Assembly: GCA_028707125.1 (NCBI GenBank)
Contig: JAQTUX010000001.1
Location: 608,662 to 672,661 of the forward strand
Source of the DNA: Candidatus Omnitrophota bacterium
GTDB taxonomy: Bacteria; Omnitrophota; Gorgyraeia; Gygaellales; JAQTUX01
Direction: 5' to 3'
DNA length: 64,000 nt
The notes under the pieces are model-generated. The model was not told the DNA's origin. It worked only from the letters and a program-made list of their open reading frames with translations, and searched no databases. Below are positions 54,399 to 64,000 of this stretch, piece after piece. How positions within the stretch are numbered: the stretch's first letter is position 1; every line of letters starts with the position of its first letter. The translations under genes were made by a program, and so were the position numbers.

Positions 54399-55703
54399 AT
54401 GCTTATGATAAATGGAGGGCTGCATAAAATGATAAGGCAGGTTGTGTCCGTATTCTTGATTTGTATTTTATTGTTCAGTTGTGCCTCTGTTTATGCGCAA
54501 GAGGGGCTTCGCCTTGAGCCGCTTATAGAAGTGGCGTTAAAGAATAACCCCGAAATCCTGGCGGCGAAAAAACGCTGGGAGGCGTCGCTGGCAAGGGTGC
54601 CTCAGGCAAAATCCCTGGATAATCCCAGTATCGGCTTCTCCTTTGAGAAAATGCCGGGCGGCACATTGAAGCTGGATAAGACCATGTCCTCAGACAGGAT
54701 GCTTAACATATCCCAGATGTTCCCCTGGTTCGGCAAGCTGGCGCTTAAGGGAAAGATCGCGATCGTGGAATCACAGATGATGGCCGCGGATTATAAGGAT
54801 AAAGAGCTGGAAGTCATAAGCATGCTGAAAAAAGAGTATTATGAGCTATTCATGAATTATAAGGAAGACGAATTAAGCCGGGCAGGACTGGCCATGCTGC
54901 AGGATATATCCAGGATCGCGGAGGCGAGATACGCGGTGGGTGAGATACCGCAGGAGATGGTATTCAAATTGAATCTGGAAATAGCGCGTTTAGACAATCG
55001 CATCCAGAATCTTAAAGAAGAAAGGTCTGCCTCCGGGACGCGGGTCAACACTATATTGAATTTTAGCCCGGAGGCGCCTTTGGGCGTTCCTGAGCCGCGT
55101 CAGGACCTGTATTTCAAGGCCGATATAGAGGAGTTATACAGATTGGCTCTGGGTAACCAGCCGGCGCTTGCCGTGTTTTCTTACGCCATAGAAAGGAACA
55201 GGCAGGCAAAGGCCCTGGCCAAGCGCAGTATCTTTCCCGATGTTATGGCGCAGATAGGGCTCAGAGGTTTTACCGGAGGCGGCATAGGGCCGTGGGATCT
55301 GATGCTGGCGTTCAGCGCTCCGCTCTGGTTCTGGACAAAGCAGCGCTATGAGATAAAAGAGGCGGTCATAAACCTTGAAGAGGCGGAGGCGGTGTACGCG
55401 GCAATGAGGAATAAGGCAATGTCGGAGACCAAAGAGTTGTTTTCCAGGGTCAATATCGCCGCTAACAAGGTCCGGCTTTACAGGGACAATCTGATACCCG
55501 TATTGGAAAGTTCGATTTCTTCATCGCTTGCCGCTTTCCGTTCGGGAGACGGGGATTTGATGATGATCATTGATAACGAACGAATGCTTATTGACCTTAA
55601 AATGGATCACTATAAGTCAATAGTGGAATACAATATGAGCCTGGCTGACCTGGAGAGGGCTACAGGCGTACGTTTGACGGAGGCGAAAGATGAAAAAGAA
55701 TAG
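54399..55703 (+). CDS. TolC-family outer-membrane efflux protein (CusC/CzcC-like)
   Basis: Signal peptide, two coiled-coil/beta repeats. 434 aa. Confidence 0.75.
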   Translation: MLMINGGLHKMIRQVVSVFLICILLFSCASVYAQEGLRLEPLIEVALKNNPEILAAKKRWEASLARVPQAKSLDNPSIGFSFEKMPGGTLKLDKTMSSDRMLNISQMFPWFGKLALKGKIAIVESQMMAADYKDKELEVISMLKKEYYELFMNYKEDELSRAGLAMLQDISRIAEARYAVGEIPQEMVFKLNLEIARLDNRIQNLKEERSASGTRVNTILNFSPEAPLGVPEPRQDLYFKADIEELYRLALGNQPALAVFSYAIERNRQAKALAKRSIFPDVMAQIGLRGFTGGGIGPWDLMLAFSAPLWFWTKQRYEIKEAVINLEEAEAVYAAMRNKAMSETKELFSRVNIAANKVRLYRDNLIPVLESSISSSLAAFRSGDGDLMMIIDNERMLIDLKMDHYKSIVEYNMSLADLERATGVRLTEAKDEKE

Positions 55704-56793
55704 AATTATTATAGCCATTTTGCTGATGGCGTTATCAGGGGGGATCTCTGTTTTTGTATTCTTGAATAGAGTTAAATCTTCCGATAAGAAGGGGCAGATA
55801 GCCGGCTTAAGATCCGGACAAGATGAAAAGGATGTCAAATATTGGACCTGTTCCATGCATCCTCAGGTGAGGAGCGATTCTGCCGGCAAGTGCCCCATAT
55901 GCGGGATGGAATTGATCCCCATATATAAGGAAGACGCCGGTAAGATCGTCCTGGAGAAATCAGTGGCAGATAAGATCGGTATAAGGAGCGAGCCGGTCCA
56001 ATACAGGCATCTTATAAAGGAGATCCGGCTGCCTGGCAAGGTCAGCCATGACAAAGAGCTTTATGTGCTTCAGCAGGAATATTTAAGTATTCTGGCAAGT
56101 TACAGGCGCCTGTCGCAGACCGCTTCAGAGGATATCATAAGCAGGGAGAGGTCTCTTCTGGAAGCCACCGAGCTGCGGCTTAAGCTCCTGGGGTTTAAGG
56201 ATGAACAGATCAAAGAGTTCAGCGGGATGTCTTCTCCCGATGAGAGCCTGATTTATCCGGCTAAAGGCAGGGCCTGGATACACGCCGATGTGTATGAGCA
56301 GGATTTAAATCTGGTAAGGTCAGGGCAAAAAGTGAAAGCGGCGATAAAGGGCTATGAAGGCGGGGAGTTTAGCGGGGAGATCAAGGCCATAGAAGAGGTC
56401 TTGAGCCCTCAGACCCGTTCTGCCAAAGCGCGCATAGAAGTGCCCGACCAGGATAATAAACTGAAACATGAACTTTATGCCGATCTAACGGCAGAAATAG
56501 ATCTGGGCAGGCGTTTAGGCGTTCCGGTTAACAGCCTCATTGATACCGGGGTGCGCAAGGTGGTATATGTAGACCTGGGGGGCGGCCGCTATCAGATGAG
56601 GCAGGTAAAGACAGGCGTCATCGCCGGAGCTTATACAGAGGCGGTCGAGGGGCTTAAAGAGGGCGATAAGGTTGTAACGGATGGTAATTTCTTCCTGGAT
56701 TCCCAGAGCACCTTAAGCGGCGGGCAGTCGCTTTTGTATGGGGCAGCGGAAGAGGTTGAGGCAGGCGCAGCGCCTCCTCAGCACAAACATTAA
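55690..56793 (+). CDS. RND efflux periplasmic adaptor (CusB-like) with N-terminal metal-binding Cys domain
   Basis: YWTCSMHPQV...CPICGMEL. Confidence 0.75.
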   Translation: MKKNRIIIAILLMALSGGISVFVFLNRVKSSDKKGQIAGLRSGQDEKDVKYWTCSMHPQVRSDSAGKCPICGMELIPIYKEDAGKIVLEKSVADKIGIRSEPVQYRHLIKEIRLPGKVSHDKELYVLQQEYLSILASYRRLSQTASEDIISRERSLLEATELRLKLLGFKDEQIKEFSGMSSPDESLIYPAKGRAWIHADVYEQDLNLVRSGQKVKAAIKGYEGGEFSGEIKAIEEVLSPQTRSAKARIEVPDQDNKLKHELYADLTAEIDLGRRLGVPVNSLIDTGVRKVVYVDLGGGRYQMRQVKTGVIAGAYTEAVEGLKEGDKVVTDGNFFLDSQSTLSGGQSLLYGAAEEVEAGAAPPQHKH

Positions 56794-56798
56794 CGCTT

Positions 56799-59700
56799 AT
56801 GATAAACCGATTGATCGAATATTGTTTGAAGAACCGGTTTGTGACCATAGTGTTCTTCCTGACCATCGCCGTATGGGGCATATACGCGGTAGGCAGGATA
56901 CCTGTTGATGCGATCCCCGATATAGGAGAGAATCAGCAGGTTGTCTTCACGGACTGGCCGGGCAGGGACGCCAAGACCATAGAGGATCAGGTTACCTATC
57001 CTTTGACCACCCGGCTGTTCGGATTGCCCGGAGTAAAGTCCATCCGCGGCTCTTCCGCCTTCGGGTTCTCGATGGTATATGTAGTGTTTGACGACTGGGT
57101 TGATTTCTACTGGGGCAGGTCGCGTATATTGGAAAAGCTGCAGCAGGCATTCATATTTTTACCCAAAGGGGTGCTTCCTGTGTTGGGCCCTGATGCCACG
57201 GGTTTAGGCCAGGTGCTCTGGTATACGATCGAAGGCGGAGGGCTTAACCCCGCCGAGTTAAGGACGCTGCAGGACTGGTATATCCGCTATCAATTAAGTT
57301 CGGTGGAGGGGGTTTCGGAGGTCGCCTCGGTCGGCGGGTTTATAAAACAGTACCAGATAGATGTCGACCCCAATAAGCTCTCCGTTTATAACATACGCCT
57401 CGGCGACATATTTAACGCCGTGCGCACATCAAATATTGATGTGGGGGCAAAGGTCTTTGAGCAGGGCGGGATGGAATTCATAATCAGAGGGGTCGGTTTC
57501 ATAAAGACGCTGGAAGATGTTGAGAATATAGTCGTAGGCCTGGATAAGGGCACGCCGGTTTACCTGAAGAGCATAGCCGATGTCAAATTAGGGCCGGAGT
57601 TCCGCAGGGGCGCTTTGGATAAAGGCGGCAGAGAGGCCGTCGGCGGCGTGGTTATTGTGCGTTACGGAGAGAACCCGCTGGAAGTTATCAAGAGAGTAAA
57701 GCAACGCCTTGAAGAGATAAAGATCGGCCTTCCGCAGGGGGTAAAAATAGTCCCCTTCTACGACCGGACAGACCTGATCAAGCGCACGATCAATACTTTG
57801 AGAGACACGCTCATTCTTGAGCTGATCCTGACCATCGCCGTAATATTCTTATTTTTGGGGCATCTGCGTTCCAGCTTAATAGTATCGCTGACCCTGCCGC
57901 TGGCGGTACTGGTATCTTTTGTCGTAATGTATTATCTTAAGGTGGACGCCAATATCATGTCTCTCTCCGGCATAGCCATTGCCATAGGCACCCTGGTGGA
58001 TATGGGCATAATTATGACGGAGAACGCCTACCGCCGCCTGGCGATGGATACAAGCGGCAGGCCGCGCCTCCAGATAATCTTTGAGGCGGCATCTGAGGTG
58101 GGTTCGGCGGTAATAACCGCCATACTCACTACCGTGGTATCCTTCTTTCCTGTATTCGCCCTGGTATCGCAGGAAGGAAAGCTCTTTAAGCCCCTGGCAT
58201 ATACCAAGACATTCGCCTTATTGTCTTCGGTATTTATCGCGCTTACACTGGTGCCTGTGCTGGCTTATTTCTTTCTGAAAGGCAAGCTAAAACCCATAGA
58301 AGAGAATGCGTTCGGCAGGAATCTGGTCGCTGTTTATGAAAGGATCCTGAGATGGGTCCTTGGCCACAGGAAGGCGTTTTTATCAATACCGCTTGCCATA
58401 CTTATATCGGCGGTGCTGCTGGGAAGAAATATAGGAAGAGAGTTTATGCCTGCCTTTGACGAGGGCGCCATACTTTTTATGCCTGTTGTCAGCCCGTCTG
58501 TGTCGCTCACCGAGGCAATTGAGATCATGCGCAAGCAGGATGAAATAATCAAGGGTTTTCCCGAAGTAGAGACGGTGGTCGGCAAGGCAGGCAGGGCGGA
58601 TACGGCTACGGACCCGGCGCCCATAGAAATGTTTGAGACGATAATAAACCTTAAGCCGAAAGAACACTGGCGTAAAGGAATGACTAAAGAGAAGATCATT
58701 CATGAGATGGACGCGGCCTTAAAATTTCCCGGCGTGGCGAATATCTGGACACAGCCGATCGTAAACCGCGTAGATATGCTTGCCACCGGAATACGCACAT
58801 CCGTGGGTGTTAAGATATTCGGCTCCGAGATAAAGGAGTTAGAAAGGATAGCGGAAGAAATAAAGTCGATCGTCCAGAATGTAAAGGGCGCCGAGGACCT
58901 GTACGCGGAGAAGATCAGCGGCAAGCCGTACCTGGAGATTATCCCTGACAGGGTAGAGATCGCCCGCTATGGGCTGACCATACAGGACGTGCAGGACGTT
59001 ATTGAGTTAGGCATAGGCGGAGAGAACCTGACCACGACCATAGAAGGCAGGGAGCGTTACCCGGTGCGCGTGCGTTTCTCAAGAGAGTTGCGGGATTCCC
59101 CTCAGGAGATAGGGAGGGTACTCGTACCCACGCCCTCAGGAAATTACATACCGTTAAATCAAGTCGCCAAAATAAATCTTACGGAAGGCCCGGCAATGAT
59201 CAATTCTGAGAACGGGATGCTTCGGGCGTACGTCCTGATGAATGTGAGGGGAAGGGATATGGTGGGGTTTGTGGAGGAGGCATCGCGGCTGGTGGCCGAG
59301 AAGATGGCCGGACGCCTTCCCAGCGGCTATTCTATCCAGTGGTCAGGCCAGTTTGAAAACCAGGTAAGGAGCGGCAAGGTGCTGTCTCTGCTCATACCGT
59401 TGAGCTTATTCGTAAACTTTATGATACTTTTCATGAACTTCAAGTCCTTCCCCAGGGTATTTATGATCTTTACGGCCATACCCGTAACCCTGGCAGGAGG
59501 GGTTCTGCTTCTTGCGCTTTACGGATTTAATTTTTCCGTGGCGGTCTGGGTGGGTTTTATAGCGCTCTTCGGCATAGCCGTTGATGACGGCGTATTGATG
59601 ACCACGTATTTAGACCAGCTGTTTGAATCACGCAAGCCCAAAACCAGGCAAGAGGTGATCGAGGCGACCGTAGAGGCGGGCAAGGCGCGCATAAGGCCGG

Positions 59701-59903
59701 CGTTTATGACCACTGTGACCACAATATTGGCTTTGCTTCCCATATTCATTTTCGGCGGCACCGGTAAGGAGGTAATGCGTCCGATGGCCATCCCTACTTT
59801 CGGAGGCATGATCATAGAGACAATCACCTGGTTTATTATACCCACGCTTTATTCCTGGTATAAGGAGCGCGGGCTGGCAAAACAAGAAGGAGGCGCACTG
59901 TGA
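56799..59903 (+). CDS. heavy-metal efflux RND transporter (CusA/CzcA family)
   Basis: 1034 aa, 12 TM helices, two large periplasmic loops. Confidence 0.85.
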   Translation: MINRLIEYCLKNRFVTIVFFLTIAVWGIYAVGRIPVDAIPDIGENQQVVFTDWPGRDAKTIEDQVTYPLTTRLFGLPGVKSIRGSSAFGFSMVYVVFDDWVDFYWGRSRILEKLQQAFIFLPKGVLPVLGPDATGLGQVLWYTIEGGGLNPAELRTLQDWYIRYQLSSVEGVSEVASVGGFIKQYQIDVDPNKLSVYNIRLGDIFNAVRTSNIDVGAKVFEQGGMEFIIRGVGFIKTLEDVENIVVGLDKGTPVYLKSIADVKLGPEFRRGALDKGGREAVGGVVIVRYGENPLEVIKRVKQRLEEIKIGLPQGVKIVPFYDRTDLIKRTINTLRDTLILELILTIAVIFLFLGHLRSSLIVSLTLPLAVLVSFVVMYYLKVDANIMSLSGIAIAIGTLVDMGIIMTENAYRRLAMDTSGRPRLQIIFEAASEVGSAVITAILTTVVSFFPVFALVSQEGKLFKPLAYTKTFALLSSVFIALTLVPVLAYFFLKGKLKPIEENAFGRNLVAVYERILRWVLGHRKAFLSIPLAILISAVLLGRNIGREFMPAFDEGAILFMPVVSPSVSLTEAIEIMRKQDEIIKGFPEVETVVGKAGRADTATDPAPIEMFETIINLKPKEHWRKGMTKEKIIHEMDAALKFPGVANIWTQPIVNRVDMLATGIRTSVGVKIFGSEIKELERIAEEIKSIVQNVKGAEDLYAEKISGKPYLEIIPDRVEIARYGLTIQDVQDVIELGIGGENLTTTIEGRERYPVRVRFSRELRDSPQEIGRVLVPTPSGNYIPLNQVAKINLTEGPAMINSENGMLRAYVLMNVRGRDMVGFVEEASRLVAEKMAGRLPSGYSIQWSGQFENQVRSGKVLSLLIPLSLFVNFMILFMNFKSFPRVFMIFTAIPVTLAGGVLLLALYGFNFSVAVWVGFIALFGIAVDDGVLMTTYLDQLFESRKPKTRQEVIEATVEAGKARIRPAFMTTVTTILALLPIFIFGGTGKEVMRPMAIPTFGGMIIETITWFIIPTLYSWYKERGLAKQEGGAL

Positions 59904-60457
59904 AAAATACAATCATGGCAATAACAACAGTTGTGTTTTTGGCTCTCACGCTTGTTGCTTACGGAGAGGATATGCAGGCAGGCCACCATCATATGATGGG
60001 CGAGATGGAGCATTCTATGGAAACAGGCATGATGCACGATGAAGATATGGGAATCTGTCCGGTTATGCACAACAAGGCGAGCAAAGAATATTCTTATACA
60101 TATGAAGGCAAGACCTACTACTTTTGCTGCCCGATGTGCATAGAAGAGTTCAAGAAAGACCCTGAGAAGTATATTTCCAGAATTAAAGAGGTAGATCTGG
60201 AGGCGTTTCAGTTCGGATTTTCTCCCGATATGATAACAGTCAAGAAAGGCGACATCGTAAAGATATACGCAACGTCGCGCGATGTGGCCCACGGATTTTC
60301 CATCAAGGAATACGATATCAACGTGCCGCTGGAAAAAGGGAAGGCGGAAAAAATAGAATTCCTGGCGGATAAGGCAGGTGAGTTTGATATCGTCTGTTCT
60401 GTGTATTGCGGCGCAGGCCACGGCAATATGAAGGCAAAGCTGATAGTGGAGGAATAG
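59900..60457 (+). CDS. YHS-domain plus cupredoxin (CuA-type) fusion protein
   Basis: [17 protein letters not shown] (YHS). C-terminal [12 protein letters not shown] (CuA-like Cx3CGx2Hx2M). Confidence 0.6.
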   Translation: MKNTIMAITTVVFLALTLVAYGEDMQAGHHHMMGEMEHSMETGMMHDEDMGICPVMHNKASKEYSYTYEGKTYYFCCPMCIEEFKKDPEKYISRIKEVDLEAFQFGFSPDMITVKKGDIVKIYATSRDVAHGFSIKEYDINVPLEKGKAEKIEFLADKAGEFDIVCSVYCGAGHGNMKAKLIVEE

Positions 60458-60463
60458 CGCCTG

Positions 60464-60832
60464 GTGAGAGCGAAGATCGCGTATTTTATTTTACGGACGG
60501 GCCTGGGAGTTGTCTTTTTGATTTTCGGCATCGGTAAATTCAGGGGCGACATATGGGCTCAGACAATGGTGGCTATGGACTTTTTTCGCAATCTGCCCTG
60601 GAGCGCAGCGGTATCGGTAACCGCTGTAGGCGCGTTGGAGACCGTGACGGGAATATGCCTGATTATCGGCTTGTTTACCCGTTTTTTCGCCCTGCTGGCA
60701 GCGTTGCAGCTTACAGCCATCCTTATTTTGTTAAAATTTCAGGAGATAAGGGATGTAGGATTACTGGGAGCGGCTTTGTATATAATGATGGTTAAGGCAA
60801 GGGAAGTAACTTATGTCTCGAAATCCGAATAA
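60464..60832 (+). CDS. DoxX-family membrane protein
   Basis: 122 aa, three TM helices. Confidence 0.55.
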   Translation: MRAKIAYFILRTGLGVVFLIFGIGKFRGDIWAQTMVAMDFFRNLPWSAAVSVTAVGALETVTGICLIIGLFTRFFALLAALQLTAILILLKFQEIRDVGLLGAALYIMMVKAREVTYVSKSE

Positions 60833-61811
60833 GACCTTGATTGTTGCCGCGATTTTAGTATCGTCGGCGCTCTTATCCTATTTATTTGAATTTCTTGTGC
60901 CTTTCAGGCAGACGCTGTGGCTGTATTTTAAGACCATATGGTGGGCTGTCGCGCTGGGACTGTTTTTGGGCGGCGTAATTGAACATTACATACCGCGGGA
61001 ATATATCTCGCATGCATTATCCAAACCCAGAAAGCGCACGATCTTTTACGCGGTTCTGCTGGGATTCCTTATGAGCACCTGCTCTCACGGGATACTCGCA
61101 CTCTCCATTCAATTGCATAAAAAAGGCGCGTCCAACCCGGCGGTAGTGGCGTTTTTGCTTGCCTCGCCATGGGCAAATATAGCTATTACGATCATGTTGA
61201 TAGGCTTCTTCGGCCTAAAGGCGTTGTTCATTATATTATCCGCCATTGTCGTGGCATTGACTACCGGCCTTGTCTTTCAGTTCCTGGACGCGAAGGGATT
61301 GATAGAGAGAAATAAGAATATCGCGCAGACAGGGGAAGATTTTTCCATAACGGCCGATATTAAGAAGAGGATGGGGGCGTATCAATTTTCCCTCAATACA
61401 TTAAAGTCGGACATCAAGGGCATATATAAAGGGATGATCTCTCTGGGCAATATGGTGCTGTGGTGGATCATGATAGGCATGGCTATTGCCAGCGCTGCCG
61501 GCGCCTATGTGCCTATGGGCATATTTAATAATTTTATGGGCCCGACCATGTTCGGGCTTGTAATAACGCTTATAGTGGCTACCGTGATAGAGGTGTGTTC
61601 AGAGGGTTCCTCGCCGATGGCGTTTGAGATCTTCCGCCAGACAGGCGCCCTGGGTAACAGCTTTGTCTTCTTGATGGCAGGCGTAGTTACCGACTATACG
61701 GAGATAGGGTTGCTTTGGCACAACGTCGGCAAAAAGACCGCCATATGGCTTCCTATCGTCGCGGTCCCGCAGGTAATAGTCCTCGGTATTATCGCCAACG
61801 CGCTGTTCTAA
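60813..61811 (+). CDS. DUF318/YraQ-family predicted permease
   Basis: Two-repeat polytopic membrane protein, 332 aa. Confidence 0.55.
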   Translation: MSRNPNKTLIVAAILVSSALLSYLFEFLVPFRQTLWLYFKTIWWAVALGLFLGGVIEHYIPREYISHALSKPRKRTIFYAVLLGFLMSTCSHGILALSIQLHKKGASNPAVVAFLLASPWANIAITIMLIGFFGLKALFIILSAIVVALTTGLVFQFLDAKGLIERNKNIAQTGEDFSITADIKKRMGAYQFSLNTLKSDIKGIYKGMISLGNMVLWWIMIGMAIASAAGAYVPMGIFNNFMGPTMFGLVITLIVATVIEVCSEGSSPMAFEIFRQTGALGNSFVFLMAGVVTDYTEIGLLWHNVGKKTAIWLPIVAVPQVIVLGIIANALF

Positions 61812-61898
61812 AATAATGGATATTTTTTTCTTGACAGGGTATTTTTTATTTGCTATAGTTTGTGACAATTGGCACAGAGTTTGTGACTATTATTACGA

Positions 61899-62531
61899 AT
61901 GACACAGGCAAAAAGGGTACCCGAAGGCACAATATCCCGCCTTTTTATTTATCTCAGGGAAATTACCGAGTTAGCAAGGTTGAATATCCGCACGGTATCC
62001 TCCGCTGAGTTGGGCGAACGGGTTAATCTAAGCGATGCCCAGGTGAGGAAGGATTTAGGGCATTTCGGCCAGTTCGGCGTAAGCGGCTCGGGCTACGATA
62101 CGGCGGAATTGAAGGCCGCGCTTGAGAAGATATTAGGCAAGGACAAGAGTTGGAACGTGGCCATTGTAGGCGCCGGCCATCTGGGTTCCGCGCTTATGAC
62201 CTATCCCGGATTTAAGGAGCGCGGCCTGAACATTGTGGCCGCTTTTGATATAGACGCAAAGAAGGTCGGAAAGCAGATAAAGGACATAACGATCCAGTTC
62301 ATAGAGGACTTGCCTAAAGTAATCGCGGAGAAGAAAGTGTCCATAGGCATTATCGCTGTCCCGGCAAAAGAGGGGCAGGAAGCGGCGGATAGATTAGTGA
62401 AGTCAGGGGTCGCCTGCATATTGAATTTCGCGCCTGTCACCTTAACGGTGCCCGATAATATAAAGGTAAAGGACGTGGACTTATCAAGAGAGCTGGAAAC
62501 GCTCTCTTATTTTTTGGCCAATAGAAAATAA
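61899..62531 (+). CDS. rex: redox-sensing transcriptional repressor Rex
   Basis: Winged-helix N-terminus plus Rossmann VAIVGAGHLGSAL. 210 aa. Confidence 0.85.
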   Translation: MTQAKRVPEGTISRLFIYLREITELARLNIRTVSSAELGERVNLSDAQVRKDLGHFGQFGVSGSGYDTAELKAALEKILGKDKSWNVAIVGAGHLGSALMTYPGFKERGLNIVAAFDIDAKKVGKQIKDITIQFIEDLPKVIAEKKVSIGIIAVPAKEGQEAADRLVKSGVACILNFAPVTLTVPDNIKVKDVDLSRELETLSYFLANRK

Positions 62532-62532
62532 G

Positions 62533-63558
62533 ATGCGCGCGTATATTTCAGAAAGTGATCTATTTAAATTGTTAGGCAGGTTAAAGCCGGGTTACGATGT
62601 TTTTATCCCCGTCAAGAAGGGCCAACAGCGCTTCTATAAGCGTTATGACGCCCCCGAAGACGGCATCGTGATAGGAGAGGTCAGGCCGTTTGAGCCGCTT
62701 AAGGCCTTTTTTAGTAAGGCAAGGCAGGTGGTTGCTGAGGGTTTTCAGGACACCGCGCCCTCTGCGGGCAAGCCCTGTTGCATTGTAGGGGTCAAGGCAT
62801 GCGACCTCAAAGGGTTCAAGGTCCAGGACTTCGTATTTAAGGACCACGATTATCAGGACCCGTTTTATCTTGCTGCCCGCGCGGATAATCTTATTATATC
62901 CTCTGACTGCACCTGCGCGATAGAGACCTGTTTTTGCCTGGCTTTAGGCATTAAGCCATACCCTCAAGAGGACTTTGATATCAATCTTTCTCAGATAAGC
63001 GGCGGATTTGTCGTGTTGAGCGGTTCCACTAAAGGCGAAGACCTTATAAAGAATAATCCGGATCTGTTCAAGGCCCCGCCCGGCGGAGCAGACAGACAGG
63101 TTGAGGATGTAAGGATGCGGGTCTCAAAAGAGGTTGATAAGAATATCAGGGATAATAATATACCACATCAGGATGCCTTGAAAGGCGCTATGGAGCGCCA
63201 GTATAAGTCGGATATATGGGAGGATGAGGCAAAGACCTGCGTTGAGTGCGGCGCCTGCAATACCATATGTCCTACCTGCCATTGTTTTCTGCTGTATGAT
63301 CAGAAGGACGCCGGCCGGATGGAGCGTTTCCGTATCTGGGATTCCTGCCTGGTAAAGGATTTTGCCAAAGTAGCGGGAGGCGCCAATCCCCGCCCTAAAC
63401 TCTGGATGCGCCTGAGGAACAGGTTTGAAAAGAAATTTGATTTTTTTCCCAAGGTAGCAGGCGTGTACGCGTGCACGGGATGCGGCCGCTGTATTTCGGC
63501 CTGCCCGGCAAAGATAGATATAAGGAAGGTCTTAAGGAGATTGGCAGGCAATGCGTAA
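62533..63558 (+). CDS. AsrA-like / sulfhydrogenase-beta-like 4Fe-4S protein
   Basis: CVECGACNTICPTCHC and CTGCGRCISACP ferredoxin motifs. 341 aa. Confidence 0.55.
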   Translation: MRAYISESDLFKLLGRLKPGYDVFIPVKKGQQRFYKRYDAPEDGIVIGEVRPFEPLKAFFSKARQVVAEGFQDTAPSAGKPCCIVGVKACDLKGFKVQDFVFKDHDYQDPFYLAARADNLIISSDCTCAIETCFCLALGIKPYPQEDFDINLSQISGGFVVLSGSTKGEDLIKNNPDLFKAPPGGADRQVEDVRMRVSKEVDKNIRDNNIPHQDALKGAMERQYKSDIWEDEAKTCVECGACNTICPTCHCFLLYDQKDAGRMERFRIWDSCLVKDFAKVAGGANPRPKLWMRLRNRFEKKFDFFPKVAGVYACTGCGRCISACPAKIDIRKVLRRLAGNA

Positions 63559-64000
63559 TCTAAACCCATACAGGCCGATCAAGGCGGATGTCTTAGACGT
63601 CATAACGGAAACGCCCTCCATAAAGACGATAAGGTTTAAACCGGCGGAGCCGATAAGTTTTAAGACCGGGCAGTTTGTGGAGATCACCATACCGGGAGTG
63701 GGAGAGGCGCCGTTCACTCCTTCATCAAAGCCGTCGGTAAAAGACATAATGGAAGTAAGCGTGATGAAGGTGGGCAAGGTCACCGAAAAGATCCATGGGC
63801 TTGGCAAGGGGGACGTGATCGGCGTAAGAGGGCCGTTCGGCAAGGGCTACCCCGTAGATGACTTCAGGGATAAAGAAGTGCTGATCGTCGGCGGAGGATG
63901 CGGTTTTGCCCCTTTAAGGAGCTTAATGTATGAATTTTTTGAACGCAGCGGACAGTTTAAGAAATTATTTTTCAGGGGAGGGTGCCGTTCGCCAAAGGAG
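63551..64000 (+). CDS. AsrB-like FAD/NAD(P)-binding oxidoreductase subunit (N-terminal 150 aa; runs off window end)
   Basis: FAD-binding barrel GQFVEI...PFTPSS. LIVGGGCGFAPL. Start overlaps the upstream stop. Confidence 0.55.
   Translation, partial: MRNLNPYRPIKADVLDVITETPSIKTIRFKPAEPISFKTGQFVEITIPGVGEAPFTPSSKPSVKDIMEVSVMKVGKVTEKIHGLGKGDVIGVRGPFGKGYPVDDFRDKEVLIVGGGCGFAPLRSLMYEFFERSGQFKKLFFRGGCRSPKE

Overview
The window is a mostly plus-strand, densely coding stretch of bacterial chromosome at about 50% GC. Gene content points to an anaerobe: Rex, an AsrAB-like Fe-S/FAD pair, NifX-like proteins, Thi4-type thiazole synthases, siroheme and sulfate-assimilation genes. Backbone features, in order, are listed here. 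A partial DJ-1/PfpI gene on the minus strand, then cyclophilin. A tRNA-Arg(ACG)-tadA-tRNA-Ser(GCT) unit with tadA bracketed by 38-bp inverted heptamer arrays. dnaX and recR. tRNA-Asn(GTT) followed by a 5.6-kb AT-rich island (about 30% GC) at 4749-10329, bounded by 29-bp direct repeats. An LtaS-like sulfatase, a PSD-like protein, hflKC, a glycosyltransferase, a KDPG-aldolase pair, and cspA. A compact type IV pilus operon (pilB-pilC-pilin-minor pilins-pilMN-pilO-pilP) with no secretin. nikR with an OprB-like porin and cbiMNQO. A Fur-family regulator. A 9-kb cluster of putative metallocluster-maturation genes (DUF5320 x2, NifX-like x2, MinD-ferredoxin ATPases x2, radical SAM, DUF89, AdoMetDC-like, FAD oxidoreductase). 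def. Two thi4 paralogs, the second behind a TPP riboswitch. An Rrf2 regulator. Sulfate-assimilation and siroheme/haem genes (cysH-like, sirC, hemA, hemC, cobA, hemB, hemL, a siroheme sulfite/nitrite reductase module). cusCBA with a YHS-cupredoxin protein. rex with the AsrA/AsrB-like pair. The main candidate for a defence system is inside the island: a PD-(D/E)xK protein (262 aa) translationally coupled to an 834-aa SF2 DEAH helicase, a Hachiman-like architecture, plus an uncharacterised 208-aa third gene. Nearby, a small two-TM membrane protein sits between tandem 170-220-bp repeats that each carry a copy of the tRNA-Asn 3' terminus. No integrase, transposase or CRISPR array is present in the window.
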